DNA of 64,000 bases from Pristiophorus japonicus (Eukaryota): assembly GCF_044704955.1 (NCBI RefSeq), contig NC_091989.1, positions 124,744,001 to 124,808,000 of the forward strand, read 5' to 3'. This document shows, in pieces, positions 36,801-48,129 of this stretch. The translations under genes and the position numbers were made by a program. The notes beneath the pieces are model-generated. The model saw only the letters and a list, made by a program, of their open reading frames with translations, ran no database searches and was not told the DNA's origin. Numbering within the stretch: the first letter of the stretch is position 1; every line of letters begins with the position of its first letter.

Positions 36801-38580
36801 CCGGTCTAGCATCCTGTGTGATGTAGATTTTGACTTTAGCCCCTTTGAAGGTGCCCACACCTGGCTGAAACAGATGTTCAAATCGACTTAGAACTGTTGA
36901 GCAGGAGGTCCGTTCCTCTGATGACATGGCGTGAACATCATCCCATTTCCAGTTTATTTTTGCCAGTCAGCTTCTCCCCAGCAGTTCTGGAAGATCTCCG
37001 GGGACAATCCACGGGGGAAGTCGGTTCACTGTCCCTTTGTGTGTGACTGAGAGCATGGCACTGCCGAGGACTGGGACAATTTCTTTGGTATAGGTCATTA
37101 GTTTGGTGTTGACCCTTGTGAGCTTTGGTCTGTCTCTTTTTTGCGGCCACAGCTGTTTAAATTGTTGAGCGCTCATGAGAGATTGACTCGCTCCCGTATC
37201 CAGCTCCATGTTGACGGGTAACCCGTTGAGTAGGACCCTCATCATTATTGGAGGCGTCTTGTTGTAGGAGCAGTGGTCATTGATTGTGTTGACCCGCAGT
37301 ACATCGGTGTCTCGGGTACTGTCCCCACCGTCTTCTGGTCCGCTTTCCGACCCTTCCGATTCGTATACCAGCCGAACTGCCGTTTTTCTGCACATGCGGG
37401 CTAGATGCCCTGTATAGTTGCAGTTTCTGCAAACAACATGCTGAAATCGACACCCCCTTGATGAGTGCCTTCCCCCACATCTCCAGCACAGACCGCCTCC
37501 ATTGTTTCCAAAGAATGAGCTGCGTCTGGCTGATCTCTCTTGAGCTTCTCTCAGTTTGTAGTTGATTGCTCGCATTGTGGGTTGATGAGGTGTGAACGGC
37601 CGTTCATGTGGCCCTTGATGGCTTCTGGCATCACTGCCTGCTGTTGAGGGCCTGCTCTCCTGCCTTTGTCTGTGTGTGGGGGTAGCGGCTTGTTTCACGC
37701 TGTGAACCCCTTGTTCCGATGTTTCATTAGTTGTCGTACCCGCAGTGTAGATCAACCTCGTCTCTTCTTCTCCTGCCAGGAATGTCTGTGCAACCAGTGC
37801 TGCTGCCTCTAGGGTCAGGTTCTTGGTCTCTATGAGCTTTCGGAATATGCCTGCGTGGCCTATTCCTTCAATGAAAAAGTCTCTCAGTACTTCGCTCCTT
37901 AGTTCATCGGAGAACTCACATAAGCTAGCCAACCTCCGAAGTTCCGCCACGAAGTCGGGTATGTTCTGGCCTACACAGCGTCTGTAGTTGTAGAACCTGT
38001 GTCTGGCCATGTGTAGGCTGCTTGCTGGCTTCAGCTGGTCTCTTACCAGTATGCTCAACTCTTTAAATGACTTGCTTGCTGGTTTCTCGGGTGCCAGCAG
38101 GTCCTTCATTAAGGTGTATGTTTTTGAGCCACAGCTGATCAAGAGATGGGCTCTTCTCTTGTCTGCCTTATCGTCGCCTAACCAGTCTTTGGTTACAAAG
38201 CTTTGCTGGAGCCTTTCTATAAAATCCTCCCAATTATCTCCAGCATTGTATTTTTCATCTGAGCTGTTGGTCGCCATTCTGTGGATTCTGTAATCCCGTA
38301 ACTCGTCGCCACTGTAAAGTCCTGTCCCTGCAGTACAGATTCACACGAGGCACATACTGAAGTCAAGGTCACTCAGGACCTGCACCTTTATTACACAGCT
38401 CTCGAATGCCACACTTGCCTGAGACCCGTCCTTATATACCTGTCTGGGACAGGTATCCAGTGTCTCCTGCAAGTGCACCCCTGGTGGTAAGGTAAGCTTG
38501 TGGTTACAGGTCATCTCTAGTTACAGTCATGTATAGCATGGTAAGATACAGTTATGTACAGTAGTGTGAGATACATGACA
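33808..38580 (-). mobile_element. Gypsy (Mag-like) LTR retrotransposon D, full length and youngest, inserted in the protease of Gypsy C
   Basis: 268-bp LTRs 33808-34075 and 38313-38580 (5 substitutions by my count); perfect TSD CTCTG (33803-33807 / 38581-38585); PBS rc CTCGTCGCCA at 38302-38311; PPT rc tcaccctccccc at 34076. Confidence 0.97.
34111..38277 (-). pseudogene. Frameshifted gag-pol of Gypsy D
   Basis: 436-aa gag-protease ORF with tandem knuckles CWRCGGRHSSRGC / CRNCNYTGHLARMC and ELDTGAS; RT LDLTSAY/FQDD; RNase H; 417-aa integrase ORF with HHCC zinc finger and D,D,E residues (VDYAG, SDNG, AER). Confidence 0.93.
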
Positions 38581-41500
38581 CTCTGGCTCATTATCGATTG
38601 ACTCGCACCCGTGTCTAATTCCATGGATACCAGCACGCCATTTAATTTTACCTCCACCATTATCGGTTGGCTCTTTGTTGGGAACGCATGTACACTATCC
38701 ACTTCCTCCTCAGAGCTCTCAAATGCCTTGGGCTGCATCGCTAGATCCACACTGGGTTGATCATTATCCACGTGGTGTGTTGCAGCTCGCTTGCTCTGCT
38801 GTGGACACGTCCGCTGAAGATGCCCCGACTTCGCACACCCTCTGCATACATACTGCCTGAAGAACCACTGATGGGGTCGGTGATTGCCCCGCCACGCCAA
38901 CACGTTGAGCTCAGATTTGCGCCCAAACACGGGCTTTGAGCGGCTCCCATTCTCGCATACGCAGTCGAGTAGGCCCTCGATGGCGAACTTTGAGTGGCTC
39001 CCGGCCTTGAAGACGCAGTCGAGTAGGCCCTGCCATGTGCAGCTCTGCTGGCCGTCGATACAATTTTGTCCACAATACTTGCCATGGACTTCCTGTTTTG
39101 TCGCAATATCTGCTTCGTGCTTTTCTGCATGGACATGCAAGCCTGGACTAGGGTGATGACCTTGCTGAGGTCCGATGTCTCCGCAGCCAGTAACTTACCT
39201 AAGATCGCCTCGTGGTTGACTCCGATCATGAAAAAGTCACACAGCATGTCTTCCAACGCAGGCCCAAATTTGCAAGGCCCTGTAAGACGTCTCAGGTCGG
39301 CAACAAATGCCGCTATGTCCTAGCCTTCTGGACAAATGTGCGTATAGAAGCGATATCTAGATATGAGAATTTATTCCGTGGGTTTAAGGTGTTCCCGAAC
39401 TAGAGCACACAGTTCTTTGTAATCTTTTTCTGTAGGAAGAGTGGGTGAGAGCAGATTCTTGTTGAGTGCATAGATCGTGGGGTTACAGACGGTGAGAAGA
39501 ACTGCCCAGCGCTTCTCTGCATCCTTGTCTTTGCTTAGGTCATTTGCCACAAAATACTGGTCAAGACAATCCGTGCAATCTCCCCAATTCTCTCCCTCAT
39601 TGAATCTCTCGAGAATTCCAACAGTACTCGATCATGCTGTGCTCGCCATACTTTTGCATGGTTCGTATTTGCCTCGTCGCCAGTTGCAGTATAGGAAATG
39701 ATACAATGAACTCCATACTGTGAGCCAGTGACCAAGTGTAACCTGGTGACCAGGTGTAATCAGGTCAGCCTTTAATGGCTTCCAGAAGTGAAGATACAAA
39801 GGTGAAGTTCAGGTTATATACTGGGCCCAGCACGAGGGTACCTATGACCCTAGGACCTCCGATGGTAGTGCCCCCTGTTTGTGGGCAGGCTTTATGTACA
39901 TATATTACACAGGCAATGGACTGAAGATTTTGGCGAGGCCAGGAGGAGCATTCCTGCACATTCCGCCCATTGGTACATCAAAATTACAGCAGTATAGGGC
40001 CCTGATTTACATACTAATCATAGGTTCTGGCCTGAAACAGCATATGCTCTAGCCATTCATTTCCATCATTGTCCCAAAGGTTACTCGTGAGATTGCTTTG
40101 AACTATTTTGTGTGTTGCCTTTATTAAAACATCTGTAACCTTATGCCTACATTGATAATAATTATGTAGAGATCAGACTATCTAAGTAATAAGAAAAGTA
40201 AATAGTGAATACTAGAATTACAAATAGAAAACACAATAATTGTTTTAACTGTGTAGCGGGATATGGTCAGTGACAATTTTTTGTACCAGATATTATCATA
40301 ACCTTTAAATCCTGTACACATACTCTTTCTGAGGAATGATACCTTTTCATACAATGTGTGGGCTAATTAGCTGCACTTTTCATTGCAATTCCCTAACCCA
40401 CGCACTAATCTTACTCTCCTTGACTCTTGAAGTTCACTGTTTGTGCTGGAGTATGGTCCAATGGGTGCTGGCAACCTAACAGTTGCTCTCCACTCTTCAT
40501 GTACAAGCCTAGACCATAGGATTGACCGACTACTTGATCATTGGGACAGTAAAATCAAGCTCGATCCTATCCTCACTTAATGTCCGCAAATCATGCAGTT
40601 TCCAGCAGATGGCGATCAGGAGCAGGAGTGCTGCTTCCGGGAGGGGCACTGAGATCAATGGTATGACCCAAATTGCCACCTGAACTAAGATCAGCAAAGT
40701 CGGAACAGAGTGAGATTGATCAGAAGACCTTCCTATTCAACTCGGCTCATTTCCACAATGGATAAGTGCACTTGTCAAATCAGGTTCTTGTTCTGAAGTT
40801 CTATCTGCATTTAAAAAAGGTGCAAGTAAAAGATATGTTTATGAATCTGCTTGAAAGGACTGTGGACAATTTTCCAGACCATCATTGTACATCATAACCA
40901 AGCATTGTGGTCATATCAGTAAATCAATGGCCAAGTTCGATTCTAAATTCTTTACAGGAGCCCTTGAATATTGGAGTGCTTTACACTTGATACAGTTCCA
41001 ACTCTCTTCCAACTAAAAACAGGACTGCAGTCAGTTCAAATAAAAATAAACAATAAAAGTGACCAGAAAGTATCAGATTATTAAATAATTGTTGCTACAG
41101 TACTTGGCCCTTAGCTCAATTTACGTAAATCCCGAATAAAAATCACAACTTGCAATGAATTATTACTCCTGGCTTCACTATTTTGTGGGAAATCTTCCAA
41201 GATTGACTCACTGAGTCCTTGGGAGTGAAAGAGGTTAAAAAGAAAATTTTTGTTTTGTGCAGATTCGTTTTTGTAACATTAGGACAGCTGGCAAGAACTG
41301 TAAAAAGGAACAAAATCTCATTAAAAAATTTGAAGTAATTGTACTTTGGTACATATAGGCAAGACTCAGATTTCCCATTGCAAATGGTGGTTAAATTTGC
41401 AGTGGGACTGCTTCATAAAAGGAATTAAGTTCCAGGCAATAAAAATGCCTTGGAGAAAGTTCTAGAGACAAAAGAAGTTGTGTAGAAAGCTTTACTGCTG

Positions 41501-41752
41501 ACAATCTGCAGATATTTTGGATTGATACAGCTTGAGATTAATTAATTCTCGCTCATATATAGACTGTATTTCCTGTAAGTTCTGTTTTTATTACAGATTT
41601 CCAGCATTCACAGTTTTTTTTTAACCAATTATAGAATGGTTGCAATTCTACATCTATAAATCCTTCACACAATATATCACATATCCAAACAACAGTCACT
41701 GTGTGCTGCAGGTTGGGGTAGCCAAGGTATACTTACTAAAACTACTCATTAT

Positions 41753-42722
41753 GGGCCCAAGTTTCCACATGATTCGCGCCTGATTTTTAGGAGCAACTGG
41801 TGGAGAACAGACTATTTTAGAAATCGCAATTCTCCACATTTTTTTTTCTGCAGTTCTAGTCAGGTAGAACAGTTCTAGTTTAGAACAGAATTTTTTCTTC
41901 AAAAGGGGGCGTGTCCGGCCACTGACGCCTGATTTGAAAGTTTCCAGAGTGAAAATGTACTCCAAACTAAAGTAGAATGGAGCCAGTGAAGATTTTTGTA
42001 GAACTGAAAAAACCTGTTCTACACATTAAAAAATCAGGCTCAGGTTACAAATTAGGCGTCCAAACGAGGTGGGGGGGAAGGGAACTCATTAAATTCGACA
42101 ATAAATCCTTATTTATACTTCTACAAATATTATACAAATAAATCCAACCTGAATAAACATTTATAAGCCAAGAAAAGATTAAATAAACCATCTTCCTACC
42201 TGTGTGAAAGTGCTTCAGCCAGGGAGAATTCTGCAGCCATTCGTGCCGCTGAGCGGGAGGGGGAGAGAGAGAGAGAGAGGGAGGGAGAGAGAGAGGGGGG
42301 CGCGGGTGTCGGGTCGGGTCTGGTCGGCGGGGGGGGGGGGGGCGGGGAGCAAGTGTCAGGTCTGGTCGGGGGGGGGAGCAGGAGCTGGCCATGGGAGGAG
42401 CCTCATTCACACAGCCCCAGTGAGGCCATTCAGCCAGGGCTAGGGGCTGCGTGCTTCGGGCCCCTCCCACACAGTTCGGCGCCTGGAGCTACTCCACTTG
42501 CGTGCCGACTGTAGTGCGCATGTGCAGAGGTCCCGGCACTGTTTTCAGCGCCGGGACCTGGCTCCGCCCCCCCCCACAGCTCGTGCTGGCTGCGCAGAGG
42601 GCCAGAGGACCTGTAAGTAGGTGGAGAATACCGAGGATTTTTTTAGGCGCCGTTTTAGGCGCGAAAAACGGGCGCCCAGTTCGGAGGGGCACCCGTTTTT
42701 TTTCTTGTGGAAACTTGGGCCC
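41753..42722. mobile_element. Young Harbinger-type MITE
   Basis: Perfect 17-bp TIRs GGGCCCAAGTTTCCACA / TGTGGAAACTTGGGCCC; CpG-rich; GA- and G-rich interior. Confidence 0.9.
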
Positions 42723-42744
42723 ATAGAGAGGTGTCCATATGATA

Positions 42745-43663
42745 GGGCCAATTTTCATCTTCATTTCCTGTCAGGAACAGAGCATTAGTGTCATTCCGCC
42801 CACTACCATTTTGATTGGAGCCTAGACATGGGTGGCCAGACCTCCTGCCTGTTTTAGGCAGGAGACTCATTAATGTCTGTCAATCTGGGTCCTATGGCAT
42901 CAATAGGCCCCCCAATAACATTTTCATTAACTTTAGCATGGTGAACAGTCAGTACTTGTTGGACCCTGTAGTATTAGGAGGTACAGGACAAAACTGCCAT
43001 TTTGAACACTATTTAAAAGGGTACTTACCTGCAAGTATGCAGATCATTGGAATCTGTCTGGAGAATTTAAGGGGCTTTACTGAGAAAATGTTTTGGTTGA
43101 AATTGTGTATTTTTTGCATTTCTTGCCATTTTAACCATTCTGTGATCACAGAGACGTGTTTGCGTCAATGAAAGATGGGCGTGATATTGGCCATCCCTTA
43201 CTGGCTGCAGGAAAAGGGGGAACAGGAACAGCAGCAACAAGAGATAAGGGAGCTTCAGAAAGCACTGGTCCTCAAGGAGTCCAGGAAGGGGAAGGGGGAG
43301 GCTATCACAGAAATCTGCGGAGTGCTACAGCTCACTTCCACAGAGACCGCAGCCCTGAATCTCAAAGCAGACTGCAGCTGGCGACACACGCAATATAAGT
43401 CAGTCTGCAGTGAATCATTCCATGAAGCAGGACACAGACGCACTGTTTGCCAAGGTTGTTTCCACATGCAGCCAGTTGAAAAGGGCTGTGGGGTTTGCAG
43501 CCATTGCAGGATTACATTGACTGCATCTGCCTGGCCATCAGGGCTCTTGCCAATGACCCCAGTACCTTCATGAACCCCAAAGGGTTTCATTCCCCTAATG
43601 TTCATCTGGTCTATGACCACTAGCAGATGCAGGTGTACGGCCATTTTCTAGGCACCTCTCATG
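42745..43663 (+). pseudogene. Old decayed PIF/Harbinger element with transposase remnant
   Basis: Starts gggccaattttc; manual translation of about 43175-43663 gives EAITEICG..., QTAAGDTRNISQSAV..., IDCICLAIRA...FMNPKGFHSPNVHLVYDH...GTSH, resembling the Harbinger DDE motifs IDCTH / NRKGFHSxNVQ / PGSxHD. Confidence 0.75.
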
Positions 43664-44954
43664 GGGCTCAATTTTCCCCAGTTATCTGCACAGTTTTCTT
43701 GGCGTGCGCTATTTTTTTTGGCGTAAATTAAAATCTCCAAGTTTCTCCAAAGTTTCTGCGTCAGCATAACTCAGTTAGGTACGATTTTTTTTAGGTTAGT
43801 TTTTTTTTGCGTCATAGGAGGTGTAACCTGATGTCTGCGCCAGTTTTTCACATTTATGCAAGTTTGGCCAACTTATATTTTTCCGAGAATGGTGTATGTG
43901 ACCACTCCCAAAAAAACCTTCTGGGCTCTTAAAAAAACCAACGCACATTAAAAAATCGGCAGAAAGACGCCATTGTTTTTAGGTGAAGTTTTGGAGGGAG
44001 TCAAGAAGGCAAAGAATAGGCCTCATGAAGCTTAATTTTTTTTTAATCAAAAGGGAGAAAATGGAAGACTAATGCAATTATTTAATTTTTGATTTTCTTC
44101 AAATCGTCTCCTCACCGGGCTCGAGGGTCGGAGTGTCAACCGGCAGAATCGCTCCCTCACCCGGACACTGGGGCTCAGGGCTCAGCTTCAAAAGAAGCCC
44201 GGGGCAGTTGTAAGCCGAACTGAAAAGGTGAGAACCCTTAGGCTATACAGCAGCTTCAAAAGAAGCCCGGGGGGTGCGGGGGGGGGGAGTGGGTGGATGC
44301 CAAGCCCGTGTCTGGGCGAGGGAACAATTCCGCTGGTCGACCTCAAGCCCAGTGACGGCATGTTCGGTCAGTGGTGGGGTGGTACTTTGAAAAAGATCAC
44401 AAATCAAACAATTGCATTAGACTTCATTTCTTTATTGAATGCCTAGCTTCCTGTTCTAAGCAAGCCTATTGTGCATGTACAGACCAGGGTGTGGTCCATA
44501 CCAGGGCGTCAACCTTGGGGAGAGAGAGAAGAAAGAAGGTGTGAGTGCTATCTTTCTCCTGCTGTTTTGAGCTTCTTGCAAGGCTACAATTACATTATGG
44601 GGACAATATTGACAATGCCATATCTCATGTTGCGGAGGAGAAGATTGATTAGACATCATCGTATGAGGAACCTCAGAGTACATAGGATGATGGGCAGGAG
44701 GTCTTGAGAAGGTTGTATTTCCGCAAAGAAGTTGTAACCGAGATCTGTGAGTTAGTAAAAGCAGACCTGCACCCTAGAAGCATCAGGAGGACTGCTTTGT
44801 CAGTTGAAGTAAAGGTTCCAGCTGCACTTTCATTTTATGCATCTGGATCAGTCCATGTCACAATTGGGATGTGTGCGCCATTTCTCAACTTGCAACACAT
44901 ATCTGCATTCGGCAAGTGACTGCTGCTTTATATGCCAGGAGGAATGACTACATA
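43664..44954 (+). mobile_element. Younger Harbinger element: 5' end plus transposase N-terminus, truncated by CR1
   Basis: TIR GGGCTCAATTTTCCCCA identical to MITE 294; 44704-44954 encodes RRLYFRKEVVTEICELVKADL...ALSVEVKVPAALSFYASGS and, after a frameshift, VCAISQLATHICIRQVTAALYARRNDYI, a HARBI1-like transposase HTH region. Confidence 0.85.
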
Positions 44955-46866
44955 CATGACTAACTAAAGAAATAAAGGATGGCATCCAATTAAAAACAAG
45001 GGCATACAAAGTGGCCAAAACTAGTGGGAGGACAGAAGACTGGGAAGCTTTTAAAAGCCAGCAAAGAATGACTAAAAAAATGATTAAGATAGGGAAGATA
45101 GACAATGAAAGTAAACTAGCACAAAATATAAAAACAGAAAGCAAGAGTTTCTATAGGTATATAAAAAGGAAAAGAGTGGCTAAAGTAAATGTTGGTCCCT
45201 TAGAGGACAAGACCGGGGAACTAGTAATGGGGAACATGGAGATAGCAGAAACTCTGAACAAATATTTTGTATCAGTCTTTACAGTAGGGGACACTAACAA
45301 TATTCCAACAGTGGATAGTCAAGGGGCTATAGAGGGGAGGAACTTAACACAATCACAATCACTAAGGAGTTGGTACTCAGTAAGATAATGGGACTAAAGG
45401 CAGATAAATCCCCTGGACCTGATGGCTTGCATTTTAGGGTCTTAATAGAAGTAGCGGTAGGGATTGTGGATGCATTGGTTGTAATTTACCAAAATTCCCT
45501 GGATTCTGGGGAGGTACCAGCAGATTGGAAAACTGCAAATGTAATGCTCCTATTTAAAAAAGGAGGCAGACAAAAAGCAGGAAACTATAGACCAGTCAGC
45601 CTAACATCTATGGTTGGGAAAATGTTGGAGTCCATTATCAAAGAAGCAGTAGCAGGACATTTGGATAAGCAAAATTTGGTCAGGCAGAGTCAGCATGGAT
45701 TTATGAAGGGGAAGTCATGTTTGACAAATTTGCTGGTGTTCTTTGAGGATGTAATTAACAGGGTGGATAAAGGGAAACCAGTAGATGTGGTGTATTTGGA
45801 CTTCCAGGAGGCATTTGACAAGCTGCCACATAAAAGGTTACTGCACAAGATCAAAGTTCGCGGGGTTGAGGGTAATATATTAAGCATGGATAGAGGATTG
45901 CCTAACTAACAGAGAACAGAGAGTCGAGATAAATGATTCATTCTCTGGTTGGCAACCAGTAACTAGTGGGGTGCCTGCATGAATCATTGCTGGGACCCCA
46001 ACTATTTACAATCTACATTAACGACTTGGAAGAAGGGAGTGTAACATAGCCAAGTTTGTTGATGATACAAAGATGGGAGGAAAAGCAATGTGCAAGGAGG
46101 ACACAAAAAATCTGCAAAAGGACATAGACAGGCTAAATGAGTGGGCAAAAATTTGGCAGATGGAATATAATGTTGGCAAGTGTGAGATCATGCACTTTGG
46201 CAGAAAAAAATCAAAGAGCAACTTATTATTTAAATGGAGAAAGATTGCAAAGTGCCTCAGTACAGCGGGACCTGGGGGTCCTGGTGCATGAAACACAAGA
46301 TGCAGGTACAGCAAGTGATCAGGAAGGCCAATGGTATCTTGGCCTTTATTGCAAAGGGGATGGAGTATAAAAGCAGGGAAGTCTTGCTACAGCTATACAA
46401 GGTATTGGTGAGGCCACACCTGGAATACAGCGTGCAGTTTTGGTTTCCATATTTACGAAAGGATATACTTGCTTTGGAGGCAGTTCAGAGAAGATTCACT
46501 AGGTTGATTCTGGGGGTGAGGAGGTTGACTTATGAGGAAAGGTTGAGTAGGTTGGGCCTCTACTCATTGGAATTCAGAAGTATGAGAGGTGATTTTATCG
46601 AAACGTATAAGATTATGAGGGGGCTTGACAAGGTGAATGCAGAGAGAATGTTTCCACTGATAGGAGAGACTAGAACTAGGGGCATGGTCTTAGAAACAGT
46701 GATGAGGAGGAATTTCTTCTCTCAGAGGGTTGTAAATCTGCGGAATTCGCTGCCTCAGAGAGCTGTGGAAGCTGGGACATTGAAAACATTTAAGACAGAA
46801 ATGGACAGTTTCTTAAACGATAAGGGGACAAGGGATGATGGGGAGCGGGAGGGGAAGTGGTGCTGA
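44955..46866 (+). mobile_element. 5'-truncated CR1 LINE lacking its 3' UTR and tail
   Basis: RT ORF fragments 45011, 45370 and 46234; ends exactly at the ORF2 stop TGA (46864-46866) and runs into the minisatellite. Confidence 0.92.
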
Positions 46867-47828
46867 CCGGCCGAAGGGAGTCCAGGCCGGCGTTCAACCG
46901 GCCGAAGGGAGTCCAGGCCGGCGTTCAACCCGCCGAAGGGAGTCCAGGCCGGCGTTCAACCGGCCGAAGGGAGTCCAGGCCGGCGCTCAACCGGCCGAAG
47001 GGAGTCCAGGCCGGCGCTGAACCGGCCGAAGGGAGTCCAGGCCGGCGCTGAACCGGCCGAAGGGAGTCCAGGCCGGCGCTGAACCCGCCGAAGGGAGTCC
47101 AGGCCGGCGCTCAACCGGCCGAAGGGAGTCCAGGCCAGCGCTGAACCGGCCGAAGGGAGTCCAGGCTGGCGTTCAACCCGCCGAAGGGAGTCCAGGCCGG
47201 CGTTCAACCCGCCGAAGGGAGTCCAGGCCGGCGTTCAACCAACCGAAGGGAGTCCAGGCCGGCGTTCAACCGGCCGAAGGGAGTCCAGGCCGGCGCTGAA
47301 CCGGCCGAAGGGAGTCCAGGCCGGCGCTGAACCGGCCGAAGGGAGTCCAGGCCGGCATTCAACCTGCCGAAGGGAGTCCAGGCCGGCGTTCAACCTGCCG
47401 AAGGGAGTCCAGGCCGGCGCTGAGCCGGCCGAAGGGAGTCCAGGCCGGCGCTGAACCGGCCGAAGGGAGTCCAGGCCGGCGTTCAACCCGCCGAAGGGAG
47501 TCCAGGCCGGCGTTCAACTGGTCGAAGGGAGTCCAGGCCGGCGTTCAACTGGTCGAAGGGAGTCCAGGCCGGCGCTGAACCGGCCGAAGGGAGTCCAGGC
47601 CGGCGCTGAACCGGCCGAAGGGAGTCCAGGCCGGCGCTGAACCGGCCGAAGGGAGTCCAGGCCGGCGTTCAACTGGTCGAAGGGAGTCCAGGCCGGCGCT
47701 GAACCGGCCGAAGGGAGTCCAGGCCGGCGTTCAACTGGTCGAAGGGAGTCCAGGCCGGCGCTGAACCGGCCGAAGGGAGTCCAGGCCGGCATTCAACCTG
47801 CCGAAGGGACCGCGGTGGCAGCATTCAA
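46867..47828. repeat. 31-bp GC-rich minisatellite, 30 complete units plus one divergent unit
   Basis: Unit CCGGCCGAAGGGAGTCCAGGCCGGCG(T/C)T(C/G)AA; unit 1 starts at 46867 and unit 30 at 47766 (exactly 29x31 apart). Confidence 0.97.
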
Positions 47829-47839
47829 CCCAATGTCTT

Positions 47840-48125
47840 AAACTCCTGACCAACTTTTAATTCATTATTAAACTTTTAATCAACCTTGAAACTTTTTAAA
47901 CAAGATGGGATAACTTTTAAAACTTACATTTTAGACTTTAATCAAAATACTTTTAAACATCTATTATTGATCTACATCCTTGAATTTTTAACAATTTTTA
48001 GAAACTTTTTAAACTTGGGAAACTTTTATAACCTATTATTGATTTACATCATAGACTTTTTAACAACTCTTAGAAACTTTTGAAATAAATTGGAAATTTT
48101 TATCAACTTTTAACTTTTAAAATAA
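47840..48125. repeat. AT-rich low-complexity tract with an imperfect ~72-bp duplication
   Basis: Repeated aactttt motifs; ctattattgat(c/t)tacatc...agaaactttt occurs twice (about 47961 and 48033). Confidence 0.7.
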
Positions 48126-48129
48126 CGTT

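Larger units (their letters stand above)
31519..39909 (-). mobile_element. Gypsy (Mag-like) LTR retrotransposon C, hosting Gypsy D; integrase 3' half and PPT missing
   Basis: 5' LTR 39685-39909; PBS rc CCTCGTCGCCA at 39672-39682; chimeric 3' LTR 31519-31645; TSD ccggc/caggc; RT-RNase H ORF 32094-33224; gag and protease remnants 38586-39649. Confidence 0.9.

Noticed and set aside
38950-39035. Direct repeat acgcagtcgagtaggccct in the Gypsy C gag region
   Set aside because: A local in-frame duplication in the variable gag linker; no further signal.
41750-42725. Apparent 2-bp TSDs (AT here, AG at 16155-16721) suggesting a non-Harbinger superfamily
   Set aside because: The MITE at 21888, whose target frame is known, fits a 3-bp duplication; too few clean sites to conclude.
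44704-44919. Host HARBI1 gene
   Set aside because: Sits behind a transposon TIR, is frameshifted and is truncated by CR1: a transposon relic.
46867-47828. CRISPR-like array or repeat-encoded protein
   Set aside because: Units are contiguous with no unique spacers, there are no cas genes, and the context is vertebrate; the ORFs are broken by TGA-containing linker variants and lack credible starts.
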